Under the pieces are notes generated by a model. That model was not told the origin of the DNA and searched no databases. It saw only the letters and a program-made list of their open reading frames with translations. DNA of 64,000 nucleotides from Phallusia mammillata (lineage: Eukaryota), in NCBI GenBank assembly GCA_965637545.1, contig OZ281494.1, positions 5,084,001 to 5,148,000 on the forward strand. Direction: 5' to 3'. Of this stretch, positions 12,601 through 26,520 are shown piece after piece (position 1 is the stretch's first letter; the number at the start of each line of letters is the position of its first letter). Made by a program: the position numbers and the translations under genes.

Positions 12601-15109
12601 AATATTATCTGTGTTACGACATGCGCCAGACATAAAAGAGGCTTTTCTTAGTACTCAACAACGTCCCTATGCAATTAAAATTTGTTGCAAGCTTGTTGAA
12701 ATCGTCGATGATTGGTTAACACTTCGACTTTCTGACAATCTCCTCCGATTTAGTGCAACGTTGAACGACATTTTTGGTGATCTTTATAGCAGAAACAATA
12801 ATAAAAAGTGTCGTAATCTTGCTTTGCAACACTATAGGATGGCAAAGTGGACATTTGCTCAATTGAGTCAAAGTTCGAACTATGCTAAAGACGGGAAGTT
12901 TATACTACGTCAGCTCAAAACATTACCTTATCAACAGAAACCACATTTTCTAGTTTATTTTGATGTTTTAAACCTCTCAATAGCAGCAGTGTTTTGCAGA
13001 ATGTTGATGTGTTGTCAGAGATTCTTGCAGTCGTTGACAAAGTTTTATCTCCGATTGGGTTTCACAAAAATTACAGAGTATTGACTGATTTCCTTTTAAA
13101 ACTTATTCGGCACACAGCTCACAGAGGCGTGAGTGAAAAGATGTTGAGAATTCTAAAGAAATGGGTTACTCTTATTTGTTCACAGGGCGTTTCTGAGTCC
13201 ACAAAAACACTACAGGATTTTGTGGAAATATATTCAAACATGAAAACTAATAAAGAAAAATTTTCCAATTTTCTTATTTTGTTAGTTACAGCAGTGATAG
13301 AAACATTTCCCACTTTAATCTTCGATGAAAAAACAACATCCGAGTTGCAAAAACTTTTACATGATGACAGTGTGGAGAAAACAGAAAAAGAACGCTTTTT
13401 TCTCAATGTTGCTGTGTTTAATCGGGATGAGAAAATGATAGACTTAACAGATGCTGTGGCTATGCTGAAACCACTACCTATCAATACCAAGACTACATTA
13501 TGGATGAGAATGTCAGCAGCAGAATGTTTAAGAAACAATCAAAAATTTTCCGAGGCAATACTGGCGTACAACTTAATCCTGGTGAAACTAACAAACACAT
13601 TAAATATGTCAAACAACGAAAAGCAATTATTACTTGTCCAAGTATTACTCGCGATTGCATGGATTTCGTTTGAACAAAACCAAACAGATCTAGCTGTTAC
13701 ATCGTACAAGCATGCTTTTAGGCATATTGAAAAGGGAATTGTAGTAAGTCAAACTGCAAGCTGGTTGTTTGAAATAGCCGAGAAACTTGAAAAACGCAAT
13801 GCACATGACTTTCTGCTAAGATACAGAAACTTGCTATTGAACAGCAACGCATACACGATTTTAAAACCAACCAGTCTTGAGGAACTGCGCTTGCTTATTC
13901 AATTTACAAACACGCCACATAACGGAATAAATCAAATTCACAGCCGGAAATCCTGTACAAACTCGCCTTGTGGACAAGCCATATACTTTCTTGCGAATAT
14001 CAAATTGAGGAGGTGGTGACAGTCGTTGACTTGCTGCTGGAAAGATTTTTTTCTCTTTCCACACAACTTCCAAGAGCAGTCAACCCTCAACCGTTGGTTT
14101 ATGCATTACATGAAATTGGTAAAAACAAGCTATTTTGTTCTGCAAAACTACTTCAGGAGCAAAGACTTATGGTGGGTAAAAAAATATCATTTTTCTGATT
14201 CGTTGTTTGCGTGAATGTTGTTTTTACCCAGTGCATCATGGTTAACCTTCTCTGTTTGCTTACGGCAGCACCAAAATGTTAATGTGCAATGTTTTTTCTT
14301 CAGCTCTTGATATGCATAAACGTACAATTGTTTGAAACCCGAAGCAAAAAGCGTTCGTAGAACCAGTAATAAACACATTTGTTTTTTTAGAGCACCGTTA
14401 GTGCACTGAAAGAAAATCTTCAGGAATACGATTTTCTTGTGGCTCTCCTAAGCCTTTCAACTATCTTTGTAATAAACAATCTTCCTTTGAAGGCCCAACA
14501 GTGTATACACGAGGGCTTAGAAGTCAAGTCAAGAAATTTAAATGTAAATGACCAGCGGTACGAATAATCTAATTTGGACTTACACTATTTTAACAACATA
14601 TATATTATTGGTATTTTTCCAAACTTTCGATGTATTTTGTACAAGCTGCCATATGTAAATTATGAAGTCGAAAATGGATGTATTTCGAATTTACATACTC
14701 ACAAAAGTTAAATACATTTTAGTTTGTTTGATCAAGCATATGTGTGTTTTACAGATTCAAAGTGGCCTTTTTAGCACAACTCAGCTGGTGCTGTATGAAA
14801 ACGAAGGACCTAACTGCAGCGTGGAAGCATCTTACATCAGCAATGAGAATTTCTGCTTCAATTGCTGGCGACGAAGCATTTCATCGAAAACAGCTCACTG
14901 CTTGTGAGTCCACTACACGCACTGAGGCCACATTGATGGAAACTGTTAAATATTTGTTGAATCTAATCAAAACCGATTATTTTCATACAATGTCTAACCT
15001 GATCCATGTGAATAACATACTTAACTCATACGATGATCTCCAAAATTACGCTCGAACGACTAACTGGTTTGATATTTGTTCTCCTCTGGTTTCCTATACC
15101 AAATTCTAA
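9690..15109 (+). pseudogene. NTase-TPR paralogue copy 2 (two frameshifts, altered catalytic region)
   Basis: Predicted exons 9690-9705 (ATG ACT GAC GAT TTA G|GT), 10320-14171, 14391-14557, 14755-15109. Motif GLGSLAKDEVTPFSDFE at 10889-10933. 4-nt deletions relative to copy 3 near 12980 and 13943 split exon 2 into ORFs 10298-13084, 12994-14019 and 13968-14198. Confidence 0.88.
9792..10139. mobile_element. hAT (Buster/Charlie-type) MITE in intron 1 of copy 2
   Basis: TIRs CAGGGCTTCTCAAACT / AGTTTGAGTAGCCCTG; perfect 8-bp TSD TCATAGAT. Confidence 0.92.
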
Positions 15110-18100
15110 TTAAACCAGACTGGAGAATGTTGTTTGTTTGTTTGTTTTGAGACTGCGCTCACTGGTTTCACTATTTTACTATTTCTCCCTCTAAATCATA
15201 GGCAATTCATGTTCGTCTACAATATATTGTGTAGCAGCTATTGTTTTTTATTGTTCTAATGTGCCAGCTTTATCGCGTCGCCGATACCCGTTGCAGTGTT
15301 TTTTGTATTATCCGTGGGAAACGGTCATAGCGAGTTAACGCCTCAATCATTGTAACACAAGCTTTATAAGAGCCCACATCTCACGATTTAATATATATAA
15401 TAGAATATAAAGATCCCCCTGAAGTAGCAAATGGGCAAGTAAGATTATCGTTTTCGTTGTTTGATTATGTGTGATACGGTTGTTGAATGTGAATAAATGC
15501 AAAAGGAAAGGTCTGCTGCCGATCCGAGTCAACGTGCGTTAGCTGTTAAGGAACTTTCGATAGTCCGTCCCAATCTTTTGCGTGACCGTTAAAACGGAAT
15601 GTGCCAAACATAAACGGCACACGCATATGACTAAGACACTGATTTCTTACCGTCAAAACCTGATTGATTTAGACACGCCCTATTTCCTCCGATAACCAAG
15701 CGCCATTTAGTAACTTCATCATTGCTTTATTTAAGCTTTAATTGAGTTTATTTCGCTTGTTAAATAAACACATAGCGATACAATAGGACAAAAACAATCG
15801 CTAAGCCCAATAATAGCTGCGCAACGTCAAAAAAGTTATGCAATACAAAACAGTTAAGGCACAATTGGTGGAGAGTAACTGGACGCGCTGCAGCTACACC
15901 GGATTATAATGCGTCATGTGACACGAAAAGTAAGGTTGGTGCACTGGGGTGGAAGTGTTGGTAGGATCAGTCGAGAGGGGCCTCCAAAACAACACCCTTT
16001 TTACTATAAGTACTATACTTCGGATTATTATTGTGTTATTAGTTATGTTGTAAATAGAGTCATGCACATTACATGAAGTTGAAGACAATGTATTAACCTT
16101 TGAGAAAAAAAAGAGAAAAAATGCAAACACAAATAAATAAACAAAAAATAATAAGATACGGCAGTGACCAGTTCCACGACATATGCATTATCTACCCAGA
16201 ATCTCATGACTTCATGACAAAATGCTGTAGTTGGTAAAAAAGCGACATTATACACAGCAAACTTGCGGAGAAAATTCCAGTTCCAGTCATAGGTTGTGCA
16301 TTAAGCTCATGTAGTGAAATATTTAAAGATATGAGGCGGGCAAAGCTTTAACGAAAACCAGGCGGTGATGCCTGTAGCATTAAGAAGAAATCTTCAAATA
16401 CAGACATAAGCACGTCGTGTTATACTTGTACATAAAGGTTCAAACTTGAATCTACCATCTACCATCAACCAATACATCAAAAAACTTTGCACTTACCCAA
16501 AGACCTCAACAATGCATTATTTCGAAAGCTACTTAAACGAGTCTCGCCGAATTAAACCAGATGGTAGGACAAAAGACCAACAGTTTAAACAGCAACCTAT
16601 TGACCACAACATCTGCATCTAGTCTAGTGTGTTGCAGACAGTATTTGACCTTTGTACACCAACCCATGGCGCAAAACTATAAAGCACATCGATTCCCGAA
16701 TCAACCCAAATTACGCTTACGCTCAAAGCAAATTAAATTTAACATGCGCCGTAGCGAGTATTTTCTTGCGGTTAGGTTTTACTACAAGGTATTTGCCCAG
16801 TTTATTACCCACATTGGCCCAAATCAAACGGGAAAGTGCACATCAAAAATGTATTGCGAAACTACAAATAGAATATTTTGCTTGATTTTGAATTGACTTG
16901 TTTACTTCTAAAAATATTTGAAAAATGATAATGGCACATTTAATATTATAGCATAAATAAATTATTTCAACGTTAACAATTGTGCAGTATTTCGAATAAT
17001 TGAGGTGAAACGAATTGAAACAAGTAGCAAACAGCATCTTGCGTTCAGACCAGGTACACTAATATCTGTGTTGGATGTTGATTAATCACTTATCCTTATC
17101 ACTTAGCAAAGTTTGCTATTTGATTGCGCCTATACACAGTGCGGACCCAGTCTGCAGAGTATGGCAGTTCCCGACGAGATCTCGCGCGTGCAGGACCAAC
17201 ATGTCCCGCGTGCGCGCGTGCAGGATCTCCAAAACCGCGTGCAACAACAACAAGCCCGCGTGCAAACGATAAATTAACTCCTTGCAAAGTTGTAACGAAA
17301 CAGGCATAACTAAACCCTTCTGGGCCAAATCCCTTCAATAAAATTTCCTTTTCTAGCAAAAAGTACCGATTGCGTATTTTCACACTTACTTGTGCACAAT
17401 TTATGGTATGTTGTGAGTAGGCTACCGTATTTACTCGCATGCCCCGATTGTCAGTCGCATTTGTAACACTAATATATTGCTACATAAAACAATTGTGTGT
17501 CAACAAATTGCGCTCGATTGTAAGTAGCACAAACGGCAGGGTAAAACACTTGATGCGCACAATCAAATAAACACGGTATCGTGTTTGTCATTTTTAAAAC
17601 GCTTATTCAGAACAAAAAAATGTTCAAGTGCCAATGGTTTAGTGCACTGCCCTAGAATGGATTTTTTAATGACTGTGCTGATGAAGACATCTCCTATCGG
17701 AAAAGTGCAAGGTTTCAATAACTGCTCTGATAACGAAAACAACTCCCGCTGCACCGAAGTGACAAAAACGCCGAAGAAGCTTCACAGTAGGTGGTTGCAT
17801 TGGTCTGTAAAGTCCCAACATAGTCATTGCTGGCTTCTAGAGTTTGTTAACGTCAGATGCAGCCATTGTGTCTAAAATATAGCCGTTGTTTAAATGACAA
17901 AGCTCAATTTTCTGCAAACAATGCAACTTAGTTGTTGAGAGCAGGTTAATATTACAGTAATCTAATTTAAAAAAGTCAATGCATCAGTTGAATTGTAGTT
18001 AATGTTGTCAAAACTGCGCGGTTTTTAAATACACCATTATAGGCTTATAGTGCAAAACAAAAATACGTAAAGTAGCAGTTAAATGCAGCAATTATCTTTT

Positions 18101-19346
18101 GGGTTTAATTATTCTGCAGGCTACCTTTATATGATATTATCAAGCAAATTTCAGTATGTCATCGCCAAGCAAGTCACCTTCATCTGAAAAGCAAAAGTTT
18201 CTGTCTTCGTTTCATTATGGGAAGTCCGGCAGCAAACCTGCTTCAGTAAAGTCCAGCACAAAACGAACACAAGAGGACTTACATTTTTGTTTAAAATGTA
18301 ACAAGACCATTTCTCGCGGTAACCCTGCCTCGCGAAAGAGACACGCGGAATCCGTCCACAAAAATGACGCATTGTATGACCCCAAAAAGTTTATAGTACA
18401 AAACGACCATATTAAAGCGGTCGAAGCAAGAAAGGCAATACAAACACCACGATTCGAAGAAACGGACACGGAAGATGTCGTATCTTCTTCCATGTCAATT
18501 ACAGAAGGAGCTGATAGTAATGTATCTCAGACGGCAAATACGACTGTGAACCTTCTGCTGCAAGCACATCGTTTGGACAGGATGTTCTTATGCGTCAAAT
18601 AAGCGACAATCTTGATCAGTTGGTAAAAAAAATGAAAATTTCCGAAGAGGACGTAAAACTACCAAACACAACCGAGGATGCGAACAACTTGAAAGTTCTT
18701 GAAGATGCAACATGTTTGCACGAAATAAAAGGATCCGGATTTGAATTTTATGTAAATGATGATGGTGCAATGGTAAGGTGCGAAGTTTGTTTTCAACATT
18801 TGTGCGAGGACAATCCATATATCAAAAAGGTCAAGGAACCTTGGTTAGCCAAAAGATCTTTGATGAATATTGACAAAACAGCTGGAAATTCTTTGTCTTC
18901 CGGTCTGGATATAAGCGCTGAACGCTTAAAGAACATAGTTGCAGGACCCAACCAAACCTGGTACAGCTTCAAAAGCATGCTGGTTGAGCACGCGAGTTGT
19001 GCGTCCAAACGAAATGGGGGTTTAGGCCACTACAAGGCTTTAGTTTGGAAGAAAAAGAAGAACCGTGTAAGAGGGAGGTTAACGGAAGTGGTGGCCAATC
19101 AACTAAGCTGTGCTCTCTTGTTGGTAAAAGTTAAAGCTGCAACACTTCATTATGAATCAATGATTGCATTTCTGCATTGCTGTGCCTCTGACGTTGGCAA
19201 CATAGGTCATGGCAGGAATCAGTTTAATCAAATGCTCAACGTCTTTCAAGTCCACCTAAGTCGGAAAACAAAAGAACTTTTAACGACACCACTCGCATCA
19301 ACCGGTTTAATGCCACATTTTGCTACAGCATCCGATAAGTGTACAC

Positions 19347-19688
19347 CAGCGGTTCCCAAACTGGGGTCCGCGGTCCTTTAGGGGTCCGTGAGGCAATTTT
19401 GGGGGGACCGCGAAGTGGTTGAAGTAATTCTATAATTCTCAGTTTGTGCCACTAAATAAGTTTAAATCAAAGTAGAATTAAAAATCGACTGTCTCCATTG
19501 CTAAACAATAGCCTTTATTGTATGACAGCTATCACAAAATGCAATTGTTTCGCGCACAAACCAGCTAAAATCCTGGAATCAACTTTCGTTTTTATGAAAT
19601 ACAGATTTAGGCTTAAGGACCGCGAGCACTCGAAATAATAGCAAAGGGACCGTTTTGAAAAATATATGAAAAAGTTTGGGAACCACTG
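19347..19688. mobile_element. hAT MITE nested in the transposase
   Basis: TIRs CAGCGGTTCCCAAAC / GTTTGGGAACCACTG; TSD GTGTACAC / GTCTACAC (7 of 8). Confidence 0.9.
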
Positions 19689-20166
19689 GTCTACACCAAA
19701 CCGCGTAACAAACCATGCTATTATGATACTAGTGCGCTTTAAGGGAAAGAAAATTTCCATACCTATCGACGCCCCTACTGTATACCAGTTTGCAGAGGAA
19801 AGTGTGGTCGAAGGCGGTACTGCTTCTCATTTAGCTCGTCAGATATCGGAGGCGTTGTGCGGAACCTCTGTTCAGCTGCAGCAGCAGCAGCAACTGACGT
19901 ACTTAGTAGCACATCATGCTGATGGACAGTATCAAGCCAGGCAGTTTGAATCGACTTTAAAACAGGTTTATCGCGATGCCTGCTGGCCCGAGTACCACGA
20001 AACTTTTTTCGTCGTTGCTTGGGACACGGCCCACTGGATGGATTGTGCCCTTGTGGACATAAAAAACAAGGACTGTAAAGGTTTTTTTGATCGATTAATA
20101 AAGCGGTCAAACAAGTTCAACATAATGTTTGGCAGAGGAAAAGGAGCCGCTGAGTACCAAGCCACT

Positions 20167-22515
20167 CTGCCGTCTTTTGGAAAAACCTAGTAAGCGACAT
20201 ATTTTTCAAAATGCGTTTTTTTAGTGGAATGTCTACTTAAGGTTGGCTAGTTTTCTGTGTTAAAATTTGGAATTTGAAAGATATCTAGTTATCGATATAT
20301 TTACGGTTAAAAAAACCTAGTAAGTGAAACACAACGCTAAAAGTATTTGGCAAAACCTAGTATTGCTGTTTAACCAATCATGACGGTCGAGTTCGTCACG
20401 TGACAACTTTTTTCTCACAGCTGAGTGTTGTCGCCTTGTTCACTTATCTATTGCATTGTGATTTAGTTTTGTTTGCTATTAAGTAAATACCGGTATTTTA
20501 AGTTTGTTTAGCTGTAACTATACCATCCAGTTTCAGTGTTTGTTTAATATGGCTACCACAAGAGGAAAACTAATCTTGGCCCTTAAAAAAAACAAAGAAT
20601 GAAGCTCTAGTTTCCAGTAAGTTTGGATTAAGAAACTTGTTTGCTAGGTTACACTTCTGAAGACATTAAGGTAGAAAAAAAGTTGAGATTAGAAACAGAT
20701 TGTTAATGTCCAAGAGAATAAAAGTTTGAAATGTTAAAGTTCATGTAAGTACACTTTGATTTCAGCACTATAGCCATAAGCAAAAAAATACCACATAGAT
20801 TTGGCTCAGAATCAGATTAAGAAACAGGTTATTGTGCTGAAATTAAAACCGCATGAGTGGATGACATTAATCATAACGTGAGTAGTTGTTGTCATTTGCA
20901 GTCTTATCTGACATGACTACTGAACATCATTCAACCCATCAAATGATTAGGATTCAAAACTATTTCAGCTCCAAGATGACAGTTCTTGGTTAGGAAGAAT
21001 TGTGCCACTGGACCAAGATTTGGATAGTTTACCCAAAGAAAATCCATATGTTACAATTTCATCTAAGCTTCAAAGTTTACATGCTGAACCTATTAAAGGT
21101 ATTTTTCTTTCACGCTTGAAACCTTGCATGATGTTAATTTATGTTGTTAAAAGTTAATGATGATTTTTAGCTTATAAAATATAAATGTTCACAAACAGAT
21201 AAACATAATCATTTAAGTTTGCTCATCTCAAAGTTAACCATTCCAATGTTTTATTAATATTGATAAGTTTTCATGTCTAAAAATATTATAAAAACTGCTG
21301 GTCGCAGGACTTTGCTGGAAGAAGGAAATTCATGAAGGGCACTATTCATAAAACTGCAATGTTGGAGCAAAGATATCCTGCTGCTGTCTGAACTGCCTGG
21401 TTGCTGTGGTGCCAAGCTCACAGTTTGTAAAGTGTTTTATATAAACAAATTTGGGAATAAAAACTGATTGTTTATAACTGAATATACTAAATGGTGCAAC
21501 TCTAGATTGATAGTGTTTTTTACCTTTCTTTTTGACTAGTTTTGTAAATATATGACAATTTAATAATGAAAAAAGAATACTGACAAAACCTTTTTAAGGC
21601 AAACAAGCCTTTTTTCCAAACTTACTGAAAGCTGCATGGAGCTTTGTTCTTTTTTTCTTTCTTTAAAAGGTCCAAGATTAGCTTTCCTTGTGTGGTAGCC
21701 ATACTAGATTTTGTAGTTTAACAAACTATATTTACCGGTTTTGTGATAACATACTGTTATAAGATAAAAATGTGTATAGTAAATCCTTAAATAGTGTATA
21801 GTAAAACCTTAAATAAAATATACAAAGAAAAGCTACCTTTCTAGATGTTATATGTTGTTGTTTTTCATTTGTTATGTAAAAACATTTTTGGGGGTGTCAT
21901 TCAATTGATGGTTAAATTGCTTGATGTTTTTCGTGTTAGACTTTTGTAGCATGGTAAGTTAACCACATCTAGAACTCACAAAAGTTTATGACATGTTTTG
22001 CAAAAGTATCTTTGCCATGTGCTTGTGATGTTGTTGAACAAATATACTTTTTATTGGTCCTCAGCACTAGCATGTTGCTATTGCTAATAAAAGCTTTTTG
22101 ACTGAACATTTGTACTCCATTATTCTTCAAACAGCTTGAAAAATGGTGACTTAAATGTAATAACAAAGTTTATGGAAAAAATAAAAAGCTTCTGTTTGAT
22201 TTGTGAGGGTGATAAAGCAAAAAAAATCCATCTATTTTTCTGAGCCTAGACTTTTCCAAATTTTATTTTAGTTAGTTTTGCATTTCTTATCCGGTAAAAC
22301 CTAGTATATCGTTTTTTCATGGATAATAAACAAACTAACAATATGTCGTGAACCGTAGGTATGCCAAAAATTTTTTACTGTAACGTGTTTGTGAAAAACA
22401 CCAAACAGGTAGACAAAAAAATTATTTTTGGATGCTAACCAACATCAAACGCGTTTTGTGCTTTTTCTCGAAAACTTGAAAATTGCAGTTACTAGGTTTT
22501 ACCAAACGACGGCAG
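20167..22515. mobile_element. 2.35-kb non-autonomous TIR element with a 4-bp TSD, superfamily unassigned, nested in the transposase
   Basis: 27-bp TIR CTGCCGTC(T/G)TTTGG(A/T)AAAACCTAGTAA; TSD CACT (20163-20166 and 22516-22519); internal AAAACCTAGTA repeats. Excision restores the host reading frame. Confidence 0.88.
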
Positions 22516-24659
22516 CACTAAACAGCGTTACGACTTAAAGGGTCATGTTGCAAAAACGTACGCAACAACTAGGTTTACAAGTAGCGCTAACGAACAATTT
22601 AGCAGCATATACACCAGTTACGAGGCTTTGATCCGTGCATTTGAGAAAAATCGTGAAACTGCTGATGAATGTGAGGAGATGAAATACCTCATCAAGGGAC
22701 GTGATTTTTGCATTGACCTTTGTGGTGTGCTAGATTGTCTTGCTCCCATCATCAAGATTATGATTAAGTCACAAAGTTTGAATCAAAATTTGTGGCACAT
22801 AACGAAATGGTGGCCAAAATTAAAAGCAATAATTCAAAGAATGAAATTAAACCTGTCCAAACAGGTTGAAGAAAAATCACTCTGTCTAGAAAACACATTG
22901 TTTCCTAAACTTTACCAGCACTTTATCGACATATGTTCCGAGGAAGGAAAGTTCTGCAACATAAAGTTGGAAGATGGTTGGGTTGTTTGTCCAAACAATG
23001 AAGAAATTACCACCGGGTCTGTCAAAAGGAAGGTAATTGAATGGAAGATGCGACAACCTAACGATTGCTTGACTGATTTAATTGGCTTATGTGATGCTTT
23101 GCAAAATCGACTGGACGCACGCATGACGAAATGCGTGCCGGCAGCAGCTGACATTTTGGCCGATTGTATGTACCTGCCCGACATTTTGCGTTTGGTTACT
23201 GGAAATGTTCATCAGTTCACCACGGGGGAAAGGGCCAGACCGGAAAACCATGGAAATGATAGCTTTGCCAAGTTTTTCAAGTACGTGTGCTCTCTGAATC
23301 ACGTGAAGGTTTTATGCGGGACAAGTCCGTCTCTCAATTTACATCCTGTTTACGCTCAAAGAGTTTTAAGTGTATTTAAGCAAATTATTTTTCGAGTTGT
23401 TTGGGAAAACTTTGCTCAATGTAGAAACGAATGGTTTGATTTAGAAGTGGGTGGCATTGGGTCATCAAAACTGCTTCGATTCGAAGTTTCTTGTTCAGAA
23501 ATGGATTTGGAAGATAGCTACAAATTTACATTTGAAGATGGTATCTGTCTCGCAGCTCTAAATGAACTTGCTGTTTACCAAAGCTTTTATACGAACGAGG
23601 AACTGTTTACAGCTGCCGGTAAAGAGTTTTGCATTGCTCTCGATGTCGCCTTGGCAATGGGTGGGTCCGAGGCAGTCGTTGAATCATACTACTCAGTAAT
23701 GAAAAGTCAATTAAAAACCGGAGGTCAAGCAAACGACACTCTTGTCCGACGGTCAAACGTTGATTGGGTGTACCCAATGCCTATTCAATGCAGAAACACA
23801 TTAAAAGAGATGGCAGCACTCTACCTCGACGGATGTGACGAATACAAATTGCCTAGCCACCAGGTGCCTATATTTATTGATGACAGAGGTCGAGCACGTT
23901 ACACTGATAGCAAGGTCCTTTCACGATTAGGTCAACGAGCTTCGGGTTTTATAATTAATGATCAAGATTAACATTTCCAATTTGACTTTCGTTACGTAAC
24001 GTGTTTTTGTTTATTCGTGTTCCTTCTATTCTTGTTATTATTTTTCAATTCATTCGTTTCCGTTCTTTTTATCTTGAATCAGTATGAAAACACCCTACTT
24101 ACCGTGAATATAACAACCTGTCTGTTGATGCTTGCGCATTCCGTTACTACAGCAGTTTTTCATTCATTGTTTTTTGTTTAAACATTGGCGTGCCAAAAAA
24201 AAATTCCGCGTGCAGTAACGAAAAAATGGCGTGCAAATTTTTTTTTTTTGAAAAAACAACTCGCGCGTGCCGCTGCCATACTCTGCAGACTGGGTGCGGA
24301 CCAAGCAAACAACGCAATAGTGTGTTAAGTCGTGCAATCATGATAAGTTTTTGCCAGTCATACTGGGTATGTTGCGAAAAGCATAGTTTGCACAAGAATG
24401 CAGTCTTAATGAGTGTTCTATAAGCCGAAGTGGTTAATGGAGAACGAGAAATCAATTGTTGTAAGTCACAATCGATAGAGTTGGTCATGTTTTTAGCTTA
24501 TAGTATAATAGTAACCGTGCAATCAAAAAAGCTCTGTTTGGGGTCAATCAATTTTGAAAGCAAAATAAGTTACATCTCAGTTGAAACTTGAGTGTTCATG
24601 GTCTTTTAAGTGCTTTGGAGTTTAGGATATTGTTTTCTATGTTTCTGATTGCAAGAAAT

Positions 24660-24775
24660 ATGTTTTTTACTTGCTAAAATTGACAGTTATGTTTTTTACT
24701 TGCTAATATTGACAGTTATGTTTTTTAACTTGCAAAAACTGACAGTTATGTTTTTAACTTATTGATATTGACAGT
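24660..24775 (+). repeat. Tandem repeat, ~29-30 bp x4
   Basis: Unit TGTTTTTTACTTGCTAAAATTGACAGTTA, degenerating toward the 3' end. Confidence 0.85.
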
Positions 24776-25210
24776 ATCGTTTACGAACGAATGTGACAAA
24801 TGTTATCATTGCATTATAAAACTGCCCCGATCTTTGGACTCAACGTAAAAGGACAAACATTTGACACAAGAGTCAACATGAGTGGCTCGTTGGCAAACTC
24901 TAAACGTCAATTAAATTAAGTTGGTAAACACATATGCGTCATTAGCCGCAAAATAGGTCGCTTTTTTCAGTTTCAAGACTATAATTACAGCTTCATAGAT
25001 TTTAGTCATTTAGTTTTTAAATGTTTTTGCATGATTGATTGCATGTAAACTGACGTGATTCATTGACTTTCCCTAAAATTAAGTTAATGCTATGCAGAGC
25101 GCTTATCATTACCGATCCATTTGCTTACTTTCTCGAAAAGTGTAGTGTAATGTAACAGAATCGTGCTACACGGAATTTTAAGTGCTTTACACAAACAACT
25201 ACAAACACAG

Positions 25211-25262
<52 letters not shown>
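25211..25262 (+). repeat. (CA)n microsatellite
   Basis: Direct reading. Confidence 0.95.
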
Positions 25263-25265
<3 letters not shown>

Positions 25266-26111
25266 AAATTTTTCAACACAAAAAGGAACATTCAGCAAAA
25301 ATCAGTCGTAATGTAGGTTTAACTTTTAGACTGCACATTGCTTAATTGTAGAGCCATTGTATATTTCCTTCCTTTTAAGTTATTTGATCTGGCAATGCAT
25401 GGTTACATATTTCATTCCTTAAAACATATTGTGCCTACCACGCTATTATTGCTATGCTACTTTAGTAAAACCACAAAACGCAGAAGCGACGTACTTAACT
25501 CACATGCAACTTCTAAAAGAAACAGCAATACAGTGTAATTACAGTGTAATTATTACACGCTTTACAACCCAGAAGTGTTAGTTTAAGTGGGTGATTCACT
25601 ACCGAATGTTAAAAACGTAAGCAAAATTTTTTTGTCAGTCGTTGTAGATTGTTTACAAGTTCACAAATGAATTGGTACAAAACATTCACGGATGCAAAGA
25701 TAATAATCCTAGCTCCCGTTTCATTTTCTGCTCTGGGATCACAACAGCTCTTAGTTTAAACTTTAAAGCGAACAATGCACAGGGAAAGTCGCATATTGCA
25801 AGAGTACAACTCATCGACGCGAACACTAAACTGCACTTACTCTAAGCATCCACTTCTGTGGATCTGTATCTAGATGGTGCTCTCTGTTCTGTAGGTATAC
25901 TGAATTTTCTTCATGTTGAACAACCATTCAACATAACCCGAAAAGCATATCAAACTTACCACCTTAAGTCGTCTGTAACTTCCAGCAAACTTATCGCGGT
26001 ACAGCTTAAAGAAAAAGTTGCAGCAGACTAATAAACTGTCGTGCGGGTTAGAGTCGGGTTCTTAAACATATTCCATTCAGACCTCTAAAAAAACACGAAA
26101 CACTAACTTAT

Positions 26112-26380
26112 TGGTCAGTATCAATTTTGCTGTCCAAACTGTTGTGTCATCTCGTGAATTGGTGGTCATGTCTTCAATGTATTTGGTAACTGATGTCCAT
26201 AGATAAATTCATTAGTGTCCCTCGTTATCCTATAAGTTCTTCTGTTGTCCGTGGAAAGTGAAACATCAAACACGCCTGAGTGTGTAGGCAAAATATCTTC
26301 TCGATTGCTAAAGAACATGCCGTGTGCAGTTTTAACACGAGATGACACAGCAGTTTGGACAGCAAAATTGATACTGACCA
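26112..26380. mobile_element. ~270-bp MITE with ~45-bp TIRs
   Basis: TGGTCAGTATCAATTTTGCTGTCCAAACTGTTGTGTCATCTCGTG is inverted at the other end with one mismatch. Flanked by AT/AT, but the TSD is ambiguous. Confidence 0.8.
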
Positions 26381-26520
26381 ATGCAATTTAAGGTTTAACC
26401 AACCCAAGGGCTTTTTGACAACATTCGGACATTAGCCATTTTCTGGGTGGACAGATGTTACATTGACTGGTTACTCCTGCCCATCTACCGAGAAACAAGC
26501 AGGGTTTCTATTGTCTATAG

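Larger units (their letters stand above)
18156..23971 (+). pseudogene. hAT-like DDE transposase (about 1030 aa when reconstructed), interrupted
   Basis: BED/C2H2-like CLKC...HAESVH; D1 in ASDK(S/C)TP; D2 in HADGQY; WDTAH at the CxxH position; TTRF; C-terminal SEAVVESYYS. Removing the two insertions rejoins the frames (DK-TPNRVTNH; EYQATKQRYDLKG). One frameshift near 18550. Confidence 0.82.
17147..24293 (+). mobile_element. 7.1-kb hAT-superfamily DNA transposon with two nested insertions
   Basis: Perfect 21-bp TIR CCAGTCTGCAGAGTATGGCAG; 8-bp TSD GTGCGGAC (17139-17146 and 24294-24301); subterminal GCGTGC(A) repeats at both ends. The empty site is visible in block A (GTACGGAC, ~6911). Confidence 0.95.

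Noticed and set aside
17678-17705. CTGATGA motif as another hammerhead
   Set aside because: No convincing stem II and no GAAAC-NUH arrangement.
20163-20170. CACTA/EnSpm assignment of the nested element because of CACT
   Set aside because: CACT is a direct repeat outside the TIRs (the TSD); the right end is not AGTG.
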